Shown one piece after another: positions 53,401 through 64,000 of a stretch of 64,000 nt of DNA; position 1 is the stretch's first letter; each line of letters opens with the position of its first letter. Where the stretch lies: positions 12,772,001 through 12,836,000 of the forward strand of contig CM068744.1 of NCBI GenBank assembly GCA_035084275.1, read 5' to 3'. A program made the translations under genes and the position numbers. The notes beneath the pieces are model-generated. The model made no database searches, was not told the DNA's origin, and saw only the letters and a program-made list of their open reading frames with translations. This DNA comes from Hydrolagus colliei (taxonomy: Eukaryota).

Positions 53401-55569
53401 CAGTCACTCGGGCCAGAGACTCCTCCCATGAAGCTCCCATTAACCCTTGAAGACAAAGTCCTAACAGTAGGTGGTCGAAGCTGGACAAACAGTGGGAAAA
53501 CCAGCCAGGCAGTGGCCTCAATGGGAAACTATAGTTTTACCTGGTTAGACTCCAGCAGTCCCCTAATGCACACCCTGGGGTCTGCAAGCCTTGGTTTTTC
53601 TCTACCTACGCTTAATGATTTCCTGAATTAGGGAAGCAGGATGCATCCCTCCGGAGAGAGAGTGTGCATTCCATCTGTGGAATTTCGATATGTAGGTGGG
53701 AGCCGGGAGGCATAGAATTCTCAATTCGGTTTGGATACTTTTAATCCATAGTAATGGATTTCCACATGTGTCTGACACCCAGCTGGCCAAAAAAGCTACT
53801 TAACCCGTTAAAAGTACAGCTTTTATAACTTAGTTATCTTATACAAATATCAGAAAGCATGAATTGCGAAAAATTCACTGGGCCCGTCAACCATATTCCC
53901 TTCGTATCTACCCTGTTCAATTCACTTTCTGTAGCCTCTGGAAGGGGAAAGGCTTAGCATCTTTCAACTGCTAGAACAAGATCACTGCAAACAGTTAATG
54001 CTTGATCGTGTTTAGGGAGCTACTTGATGGATGGGGTATGAATTCAGATATTTTCTCTTTTCGCCCACCATGTACACAGTCAATCCACTTTATAGTATAT
54101 CCTTTGAAGCACTTTGACACATCTCGATGATGTGATGAAGCACTATATCAAATGCAAGTACTGTAGTATTAACATTTAGTAAGTCTGTTAATGCTGCTAT
54201 TTTGATCATCTGATTAACATGTATTATAACTTGTAGGATGAACAAATGCAGCTTTGAATGAATGAATGTTTGCTTTAAGCATTGCCAAAGGGTCATTTAA
54301 AAGAAACTGTCGTCTACTTCTATTTTTGCGAGTGGAAGGAAAACCATCTGACCATTTTGTCTGCAGAATAGTTTATTTTCAAAACAGCTCAGTATCTCTG
54401 TAGCTGTTTGCATTTAAAAAGTAAGTGTTTTGCCTGCAGGCAACTCTGTAACCTTGAAAATCTAGGCTGTAGGGGAAAGAACAATTATGGGGAGCAACAG
54501 ATACAAAATTATAGTCAAAATTGAATAGTGTAATAAGGAATCAATAAAAGATTGGATTCATTTTAACAAGAATTACTTCTTTTAAATCATAAAATTGTTT
54601 TATTTAAGACATTGGAATATTCTGACAACTCAGTGAAATGATGGTTGAAGTGGTAACTAAAGTTGGGTATACTGATTGCTAATGAATATTATTTTTTAGA
54701 TTGAACACTTATGACATTCAAATAAGGTGTTATGTTTGATTTTAAGGGATTATTGTGTTCACCTTCCCAGTGTGTATTTTCTCCATTGTGTATTTTTGGT
54801 ATGAGGCCACATATTTTATGTGGCTGGCTGGCAACCTGCTTCCATGCTCTAATGCACATTACTCTTAATAGTATTATTCATAAATGTTGCATTTGATACA
54901 CGGTTTTCTTTTTAAGTGTAGTGATGTGTCAGGTGAACTCAGTTGCCTCAGAGTCAGAAGGCTGTGGGTTCACCTTATAACATCTTATTTGCCTCCACCT
55001 TCAACTCCAGGGCCACTAGTATCCCGCTCGCCCATCCCACCACTGTCTCACACTGCAGGCTGGTGAAACACTCAAACACCTTCTTGTTAACAAATTCTTG
55101 AAAGGTTTGCAGCCTAAAAGGAGGGCATTCGCCCAGTGGCCTTCAGCCATGAAGGCATATGACAGTGGCTCAGTCATACCCTCTGTTTTTTCCCCCCCAC
55201 ATAGGACAGTGCAGGGAGGGGGTGATCTGTTCTACTCAGCATTTCCTGTAGCAGCAGAAATCAGCAAACCTATCAACGTGAAACTGCACCTCAGCACCGT
55301 GTGACAGCGCACAGCATTCTCCAAAGTACTGCCACTATGATGTTAAGAAAAGGATATATATAGTATTTAAAAGCGAACAATTTCTGCACACAAAACCTTT
55401 CGCTCTATAGGATTGCTTTTTTGAAGTGTATACAATATCCCAACTTACAGCATTTGCTCTATGGATTTTTATTGTTCTTTTATTTAAAGGCATATATGGT
55501 GTGTTGAAGGGAGAATGTATGAATTGGGGAGGTATCAATTCTGTGTCAAATCCTTACTCTTGCAAGGTT

Positions 55570-55583
55570 GTTACCATGGCAAC
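55570..55583. promoter_or_regulatory. RFX X-box motif
   Basis: GTTACCATGGCAAC fits the palindromic GTTNCCATGGNAAC consensus; it lies about 200 nt upstream of a strong donor at 55795. Confidence 0.6.
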
Positions 55584-55771
55584 AGTGTCTACTGAATTCC
55601 TTGGCATTTCATGAGACATAACACCAAAAGCCTTTAACACTGAATGATAATTTTATGACGGCACAGGGTAGCAGTTACCTTCACATTGAGAGTGTTTTCC
55701 AAATACTTCCTCCTACACACCAGAACTGCCAGATGCTGGCTGAGCTGGTCTTGTATGTGGGAGAAAGCTAA

Positions 55772-55794
55772 ATGAAGGCAACCTTAACCCTGAG
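55772..55794 (+). CDS. Candidate short first coding exon of a KIAA0408-side transcript (MKATLTL-R)
   Basis: ATG at 55772 and consensus donor GAG|gtaagt, phase 2, compatible with the exon at 59252. No homology support. Confidence 0.3.
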
Positions 55795-57289
55795 GTAAGT
55801 GCTTTTCGAATCCTTTCAAGTAAAACTCTTGATGCAATTTGTGTAGAAATTCATTCAGTAAAGAAGGTTGTAAAATACTCTTAACAGAAAAATATTAAGT
55901 ATTTGGGGGAAAATATCTCTGTTTTAATAAGAGATAGAAATTCACTTTCTTTATATCACTCACAATACTGTATTATTGCTATGACACACAATGGAGATCT
56001 GCTATTTCTGATTTTGCTTCATACAGGGCTGACATAGAACATAACGTACAGAACAACTGAAGGCTATTTTGCCTATCACGTGTTTTCACACCACTGACAG
56101 ACAAAATCTACCCTAGAATAGATGCCATTAGGTGTCAGCCTGGCTCGATTGTATGCACTCTCAACTCTGCATTGGAAGGCTGTGCATTCAAGCCCCATGT
56201 CAGGATTTTAACTCATTGTCTAAATTGATATTCTAGTGCAGTTCTGGGGAAGAGTGCTACATACTCAGATATGCTGTTCTTTGGAGGAGACCTTAACTGA
56301 AGTGCTGTCTGTTTGTTTGGTGGACACTAAAAATCCCACCGCACTATTTTAAAAACTTCCAAATTCACAAATACACAATGATTACACTTTACATTGAATC
56401 CTGCAAAGCATTTTGAAATATTATGACAAGGTGACATGACACTGTATCAAATGCAAGAACTCTTATTGTACCATAGAAATGTGTTATTGTACCACAAGGA
56501 ATGTCCAAACTTTGATGCTGCCTCAGAACTGACTTAGAAAATATCATAGCACCACAGAGCACACTGACTAAAACGATAAACCAATTGCCAGTTGTATGAT
56601 GTACACAGTATTCTTCAATGTTGTCAGTTGCTTCATTACATCTGCATATATTTAATGGAGCAAGGAATTCCAACTTATGAAATCCTTTTCTGTGGTTTTG
56701 GAACATGATGATTTGTGCTGAGAGTGAATGCGGATAAGCTTTATATCAATTATTCAGAAAAGGTAACAGTGTTGCTGGGGTAAAAATGGAAATTAGGTGA
56801 AGTGCTTTCACATGTCGCAACAACGTGATAAGGTGATATATCAAATGCAAGGATTATTATTAATTTTTGATGCTGAGCTGAGAGAACATTATTGTACACT
56901 TACCATTTGTGATAAACATTATGAGTGCCCCTTACTGGCACTCATAATGTTTAGTTTCTCAGCACAGACAAGCATCAACTTGATGAGAACTAGAAGACTT
57001 AGACAGACTCAGTGAATGTTTATATTCTTGGCTGGAGGTCAGTGAAATGTATCAGCCCATTCCTAGTGGACAGCATCAAACTTACCATTTGATATCAATT
57101 TAGCAATCTCATTCAGAGAGCTCAAGGGATCGGTGGTAATGGAAATAAAACAAATCACAACTGGGGTTGCACTTATGTTAGGATTAACAGGCTGTTTGCA
57201 GTTGATTGCTAAACCTGAACCTGAGTGCTTGATATTTATGCTAGCTTGTCAACATGGGAAAGGCTTCAGTTCCACAGCATAAACATCCT

Positions 57290-57610
57290 ATGCTCAACAG
57301 GCTCCGGCCTTCCCCATGGCTCCCGCCCGATTTGTCCTACCATCAGCAGCCGGGCTTTCAGCCTCCCTGCCCCCAATCTTTGGAAATCCATCCCACACTC
57401 CCTTCGCCTTGCTCCCTCTACCCTCCTTCAAGGCATGATCCAAGACCCTCCTTTTTTGACTGTGCCTTCCGCAGTCCTCATATCCCCTCTGCCTCCTCCA
57501 TCCTAACCCTGCTTCCCCATGCTCAGGTCCTGATCCCTGACTGTTCAGCGCCTTGGGACATCCTCCCGACATGAAAGTCATTTTTCAAAATGTAATTTTT
57601 GTTCTTGTTC
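57290..57610 (+). mobile_element. L2 3' end fragment
   Basis: RAFSLPAPNLWKSIP and the shared tail cagcgccttgggacatcctcccgacatgaaag. Confidence 0.8.
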
Positions 57611-58634
57611 TTTATGATGAACATAACACAAAAAAGCACCAATGAGTATTTGTTTCTCAGTGAGAAAACAATGAACTTTGGAGGTTCTCTCCTGATGTTC
57701 ATCATGGCATGATATGACAGTGAGTGAGAAGACCTGGGTTCGATTCCTGGCAGAGCAAAAAATTGAGTTAATTTCATTACTCCAGATGCCTCTGTTTACC
57801 TAGTAGTAAGTAGGAACCCAGTGGTTCAACTATTGGCAGATCGCTTTTCCGACTGTTTGTGGGACACTGCTGTGTGCAATTGGCTGCTATGTTTCTCCCA
57901 CAAAGTATACAGTCAATTTACTGTACAGTATATTCTGTGAAGCGCTTTGACATATCTTGAAGGTGTGATAAGGCGCTACATCAATTGCAAAGATTAGTAA
58001 TATTATTATTATTATCCCAACTCCAGGTTTATAAATTTGAAGATGGATGACTCTTGCATGTGAGGATTGGAGCAAATTTACACATACTGCAGTACTCTTA
58101 GAAAGTTGCCTGACATGTGACTTTCAATGATAACGAGTTCAATGATAAAAATAAATCACTTGGCACTCTTGTGTTGTCAATATAAAGATGCATTACATGC
58201 TATTGAAGGAGCTATGGTCTCTGTCATACATTTGATGTGTAAACAGTCTACTGTACTAATATATTTACAATGTTTGTAGCAAAAGAAAACATTGATAATT
58301 TGATGAGACGTTATGCAGACTCTGCTATATCAAGGAAAAATACTAATAAGACTAGATTATTCAAGAATATAATGTACCAATATTGTCCAGAATAGATCAA
58401 TACTAAACCGACAGCAGGTTTTGCCACTATAATAACTCAACCCTAAAAGTTTTATGTATTCTTGCCCCAGACTCATGTGGCAGAGTCGATAACTTATATT
58501 GGAATAAAATAATAATAAACCTTGCATTTGATTTAACACCTTATCTGTGAGATATCTCAAAGCGTAAAGTGGATTTCTTGTGTATTTTATGGGAGAAACA
58601 ATGTTGCTGCTGTCCAATAACACCAATAGGTGTT

Positions 58635-58942
58635 CTTTGTAACTCAGTGAATAGAGCACTCGCTTGACAAGCGTGAGACCTGTGTTCAAATCCAGGCAGG
58701 TCAGGGCGAAACCTTGGGCAAGTTTCCTCACTCCACACGCCTAATAATAATCCCTCCGAAAAACCACAATAATAAAATTGGTCATTTCAATCCACGACTG
58801 TTTGTGGGACACTGCTGTGCGCAGTTGGCTGCTGCGTTTCATCCAGAAATAGTCAATTCACTTTACAGTATATTCGGTGAAGCGCCTTGAGACGTCTAGA
58901 AGACGTGAAAAAGAGCGATATCAAATTCAAGAATTATTATTT
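58635..58942 (+). mobile_element. tRNA-derived SINE, full length
   Basis: Head tgtaactcagtgaatagagcactcgc...gtgttcaaatcc, central domain and tail. Confidence 0.88.
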
Positions 58943-59251
58943 ATAGGTCTATGCATGAAAGTGCTGGAGTCTGAGACTTCCATTAAATTTCTCTTTGAGG
59001 CTCAGTTGAAATCTCACAGTATTTTTCTCAGTATGATGACATGCCCTTGGACTTGTTACCCACTGTAAACTTAAAAGTAGCATCAGCCCCAGAACCAGAG
59101 ACGTTTACAAGGGAAGAGGATTGAGGGCTAGTGTTACAGACCTGGGCTGGAACCAAGTGGTGTGGTAAGTGGTTTAGTTGGACAGTACGTCACCCGCCAC
59201 TTGTACATCAGTTGGACAATGATCTTGTTGCTACTTTCTCTCCTGTCTCAG

Positions 59252-59372
59252 AAGGAGCTTTACAGGGGTTTCAGCAGCAAGCCATCCAGGAGCACCCACA
59301 GCACAGCTCAACTCACTTCCATCCTATAGAGAAGGCGAGGACTCAACGTGGCAGCCACAGGCAAGAAAGCAG
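59252..59372 (+). CDS. Candidate internal exon of the SOGA3/KIAA0408 unit
   Basis: Strong acceptor ctttctctcctgtctcag| (NAGNAG cagaag) and donor GCAG|gtgagg. Open in phase 2 to 0: RSFTGVSAASHPGAPTAQLNSLPSYREGEDSTWQPQARKQ. Confidence 0.5.
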
Positions 59373-59692
59373 GTGAGGATCCAAGACTACATGACTCCCT
59401 TTCTCTCCATCTCTTCTCTTTCTTTCCTTGTTGTGATATGACAGTCGCAGCATTGGATTCAGCCCCTCCAGAAAGCTCCTGGAACTCTCAGCCCTGTTGG
59501 TCTGACTCCAGTAGCTTTAAAATCAGCTTGGGGGGGGATCCAGAGATTGTAAACCAGGTGATTTACTCTAATGTTGTGGCTGTTGGGTGGTGTTATCTTG
59601 CTGGTCCCTCGAGCTGGATAATCATGAAGCTCCTAGTCACTTGACTTGGAAACAGCCAACAAGTGGAGATGCAACATTTGCAACACAGAGAG

Positions 59693-59724
<32 letters not shown>

Positions 59725-59779
59725 AATTATAGAAGCCAAGCGGGGTGTGTGGATATTCAGTGTTGCTTTAAGAAAGGGC

Positions 59780-60322
59780 GACAATCTCTCCCCCCCCCCC
59801 CCCAACATAGAGTCCACCATCACACACACAGCCCCCACCCCCCCATCATACACATACAACGTCCCCCAAATACAGCCCCCACACCTCTCTCACACACAGC
59901 TGCCCTTCCCACACACAACCCCCCCGCAAAAACACACAAACCCCCCCACACCTCTCACACACAGTCCCCCCCCCCCACACACACACACAGCATCCCCTTA
60001 CACAAACACAACCCATCTCACACACATACACAGACCTCACACTCACAGCCCATCTCTCTCACACTTGTCTCTCTCTCTGCTTTCTCTCTTACACTCTTCT
60101 CTCACACTCACTCTATTTTTTCTCTCCTACACTGTTTTTCTCTCGCTCACACTTTTTTCTCTCTCTCTCACGCTCATTGACTGTTTTCTCTCTCACACAC
60201 TCCCTCCCTGATTTCTCTCACACACTCATCCTTGTTTTCTCTCACACACACTCACTCAGTTTTCTCTCACTCACACACTCACTCCCTGTGTTTTCTCTCT
60301 CTCACACACACACACACACACA
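59780..60322 (+). repeat. CA/CT low-complexity tract
   Basis: C-runs, (CA)n and (CT)n mosaics. Confidence 0.9.
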
Positions 60323-60521
60323 CTTGAAGTGGCCTCACATCTCTGCCCTCTTTAATACCATCGGACGGCCAACACCCAATCAGACCAGACCGCCCTGCAG
60401 TGGGAGCCGCTGTTGGGCAGCCACTGAGGAGCAAGCCATCGCCTGGAAGTAAAAATAACGTGGGCTGGATGCCTTGGTCACTTTACATCACAGTTTATAT
60501 TTAGAAGCTTGTCTGTCGGGG

Positions 60522-60666
60522 NNNNNNNNNNNNNNNNNNNNNNNNNNNNNNNNNNNNNNNNNNNNNNNNNNNNNNNNNNNNNNNNNNNNNNNNNNNNNNN
60601 NNNNNNNNNNNNNNNNNNNNNNNNNNNNNNNNNNNNNNNNNNNNNNNNNNNNNNNNNNNNNNNNNN
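60522..60666. other. Assembly gap
   Basis: Run of N upstream of the KIAA0408-like exon. Confidence 1.
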
Positions 60667-60930
60667 AAATTGATAGTTTAACCAACATCCATTTGAAAAC
60701 TGCCACTGTTAACAAAAACCAAGTGGTAGAAGAAACCTGGAGTTTTGCTCTGGCAGGTTTATGCTCCTGTAAAACTTTCCCTGCGATGTGTGGTGACAGA
60801 TTGGCCGGTGTCCTGGGGGCTGAGCTGGTGTGAAGCCTTGTCTGGCTTTGGATGAAGGGAAGGGTGTGTGTGTGTGTAGCCCTAGGCAAGGGGCGGTGGG
60901 GGGGCTGTACCAGCCTGGGGGCTGCCTGGC

Positions 60931-61254
60931 ATGTGGAATGCCTTTGGGGTCCACGGTGGCAACTATGTTAGCAGGGCACAGGGCTGGGAGTTCGTATCTA
61001 GGTCCCCAGCGGGCAGGGAGAGGAGCCGGAGTCCACTCAGAAACATGTTAACCTCAGCCCTCCCTGAGGATCCCAAACAAGCTGGAGGCGTCCCGACCCA
61101 AGGAGCCAGAGCCCAGCCCGAGAAATGCCATCTCCAACATCAACACGTTAGATTCAAGAGGAAATTCGAGGAGATCAAGAAATGCTACAGTCAAGACAAA
61201 GAGACCTGGATGAGAGAGAAGGAGCTGTTACTGAGGGAACTCGCTGAGATTCAA
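60931..61254 (+). CDS. KIAA0408: KIAA0408-like 5' coding exon (gene continues beyond window)
   Basis: MWNAFGVHGGNY...RFKRKFEEIKKCYSQDKETWMREKELLLRELAEIQ with donor |gtaaat, phase 0. The W.REK..LL coiled-coil motif is typical of SOGA/MTCL/KIAA0408 proteins, and the position downstream of SOGA3 on the same strand is syntenic. Confidence 0.7.
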
Positions 61255-62764
61255 GTAAATACAGTACAATGCATCAGGGTTGGCTCTCTTGGGCTCCCTA
61301 GTGTTAGTGCCAGTGTTAATAATTATTATTAATTTATCACCAGAAAAAATTGGTCGCTCACTCCATAATCCTTGCAGTTGATATAGCACTTTTCACGTCC
61401 GTCTTCTAGACGTCTCAAAGCGCTTCACAGAACATATTGCAAAGTGAATTGACTGTATATTTTGTGGGTGATATGCGGGAGCCAATTGCACACAGCAGTG
61501 TCCTGCAAACAGTCATGGATTGAAAATAACCAATTTATTATAGTTTTTTTTAGGGATTATTATCAGGTGTTGTGCACACCTGGCTGCTGAGCTCCACCTC
61601 CAAATGTACAGTTAATCCACTTACAGAATATCCTGTGAAGCACTTTGAGGCAACTCAACCATGTGATAAGACCCTACTGTATCTAAAATGAAAGAATAAT
61701 TATTATTTTGTGTGATTTAATGGTAAAGTAAACTGGCGGTGGATTGTTGCACCTTTTGAAATGCGTAGTTTGGTGCATCCTATAGTCATAGCCATACATG
61801 GGCTGCTGGTGGACAAATAATTAAACGTAAATATCACATGCTGTATTCTGTCATTCCTTTCATTGTATGTTTCTTACCTGACATTTTAATTCAATGATAT
61901 TACAATGATATTCTGCGAAGCACTTTGAGATGTCTAGAAGATGTGAAAAGCACTATATCAAATGTAAGGACTATTATTAGTATTATTAAAATGTAGCCTT
62001 CAATAGATATAGAAAATTGTTAGGGAAGATGAAATTGCAGAAATTTCAATAGAGTTGAAAGTGCTTACGTTTGCTGCAAAATTCCTTTTGAGGCAATTTT
62101 CAGGAAGTTGCAAAAAGATATATAAAACGCGAATGGCATGTTTCCTGTCAGTTCACTGTGTAATGGGTATAAAACCATATACTGTACTGCATTTTTAAGT
62201 TCAGTATGTTGTAAACTCACTGTGATTAGCAATAGTAAGTTGTTGTTATTGTATTTACTATTTGACCACAGATTGTAAATAGGATATTGCTAATTTATAT
62301 AGGTCAGTACAATACTGAGTGATGCATTTATTTGACACCATTTTAAAACAGCCATTTTATGATGTTTGGAGTGCTTGTTTTCCAAATGTTCTATTGAATG
62401 GAAAAGGATGGTAGTACAGTACTGAGAAATTTAAACACTTTCACATTCTGGGCATTACTGTCAGTTATAGCACAGACAGACAAGTGCAAAGTTCCCTGAA
62501 TGCCAAGCTCAAAAATCACCATCACAAGGTTTTTCACTTCAACCATCTTAGTCACTGTGAATTAGATTGTAAATTTACCCCAAAATTGAGAGCAGTACAT
62601 ATCGTACTGTGAGTACATACACAGTGTGAATAGGATTGGGATTGCTCAAATTCATTATCCAGTACATACATTTGTCACTCACTCCATGGCTGTTTGTAGG
62701 ACATTACTATGCACAGTTGTGTTTCACCTCCAAAATTACAGTCAATCCACTTAACAGTACATGT

Positions 62765-63775
62765 AACAACAACAAGAAATTACATTTATAGAGTGCCTTT
62801 CACGTCGGGAGGACGTCCCAAGGTGCTGCACAGGAGGCTTGTGACCCGAGCTGAGAGGGGAGTGTTTGGGAAGGGGTGAAACATGAAGGGGAGGTAAAAG
62901 AGTTCGGGGTGGAACAAAAGGCACGATCGAAGAGGAAAGTCTTCAAACCGGACTTGAAAGAGGAAAGGGAAGAAACGAAACGGAGGGATGGCATTCCATA
63001 GGGTGGGAGCGGAGAAACTGAAGGCCCGGCCTCCGATGGTGGGGCAGTTCGGGCGGGGGGCTTGGAGCAGGCCAAGTCCTGTTGAACGGAGGGTCTGGGT
63101 GGGCGTATAGGGGGAGAGTAGATCGGTTAAATAGGGCGGGGCAAGGCCGTGTAAGGCCTTGTAGGTGAGGACGAGGATCTTGAACTCGATCCTCTGGAGG
63201 ATGGGGAGCCAGTGGAGACGGGCGAGGGTGGGGGTTATGTGGTCGCGGAGGCTGGTGCGGGATAGTACACGGGCTGCAGAGTTTTGAATAGCCTGCAGCC
63301 TGTGAATGGAGGAACTGGGGAGGCCGACGAGGAGAGAGTTTCCGTAGTCCAGCCGTGAGGTGATGTACGCGTGCACGAGTGTTTCGGCAGCGCGGGGGAT
63401 AAGATAGTTGCGGAGCCTGGCAATGTTGCGCAGGTGGAAATAAGCGGTGCCGGTCAAGGCGCGGATGTGGGGGAGGAAGGAAAATATTTGATCGAACATG
63501 ATGCCGAGGTTCCTGATTGGCTTTGTGAGGTGGAGAGTGCAGCCTTGGATATTGAGGCTGGCAGCGCCCGATGTGCGGAGGCGCTGGCTTGAGCCAATCA
63601 GGAGGGCCTCGGTCTTACTCACGTTCAATTGCAAAAAGTTGTCCCTCGTCCAGGACTCGATGTCGGACAGACATGCTGTCAGAACATCGATCGTCTGGGG
63701 GTTGAGGGATGAGGCAGAAAGGTACAACTGGGTGTCGTCCGCATACATGTGGAAATTTACCCCATGTTTGCATAT
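62765..63775 (-). mobile_element. 5'-truncated L2-clade LINE, C-terminal RT and 3' tail; relatively young
   Basis: ORF has FHMYADDTQLY, LQLNVSKTE, SRLDYGNSLL, LQAIQNSAAR and LHWLPILQRIEFKIL; TTG-rich tail; CpG retained. Confidence 0.93.
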
Positions 63776-64000
63776 ATCCATGAAGTGCTTTGAGACATCT
63801 TGGCAACATGATAATGCGCATCAACAAATGCAAGGTTTCTTATTCTTATTTATAATGAAACATACCTATCTATTCAATAATAAATAATAAGATGAATGGG
63901 TTTGATTTGGGTCTCGGGTAAAATAAAATGATCTAACCCATAGTGTCATCCATCCCCATTTGCATAGCCAAATGTTTTTTTTATCCAACTTGCAAATCTG

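Noticed and set aside
59587-60452. His/Thr/Leu-rich ORFs
   Set aside because: Translation of CA/CT low-complexity DNA.

Overview
Vertebrate genomic DNA, most likely a cartilaginous fish and probably a chimaera (inferred from the L2-tailed tRNA-SINE, DeuSINE-like and shark-type Penelope repeats), with two N-gaps. It holds the conserved LEG1 / SOGA3 (MTCL3) / KIAA0408 block. LEG1 (C6orf58) is complete on the minus strand: 6 coding exons, 16310 to 630, 376 aa. SOGA3/MTCL3 runs divergently on the plus strand: 6 coding exons from 29391 to 48645, about 970 aa, with one apparent +1 frameshift in a G/A repeat. The 5' exons of a KIAA0408-like unit lie at about 55.7-61.3 kb. Introns are packed with L2 and CR1 LINE fragments, SINEs, Tc1/mariner-pogo MITEs, one MULE-like MITE and Penelope-type repeats carrying hammerhead-like motifs. 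The most notable observations are: (1) the SOGA3 transmembrane exon ends in what also looks like a splice acceptor, followed by an open frame and a donor that could link SOGA3 in frame to KIAA0408-side exons; (2) hammerhead-like motifs lie sense in two LEG1 introns; (3) TACAGTA/TACTGTA transposon footprints are in strong excess. Gene identities rest on recalled protein sequences plus splice-phase consistency; no searches were run.
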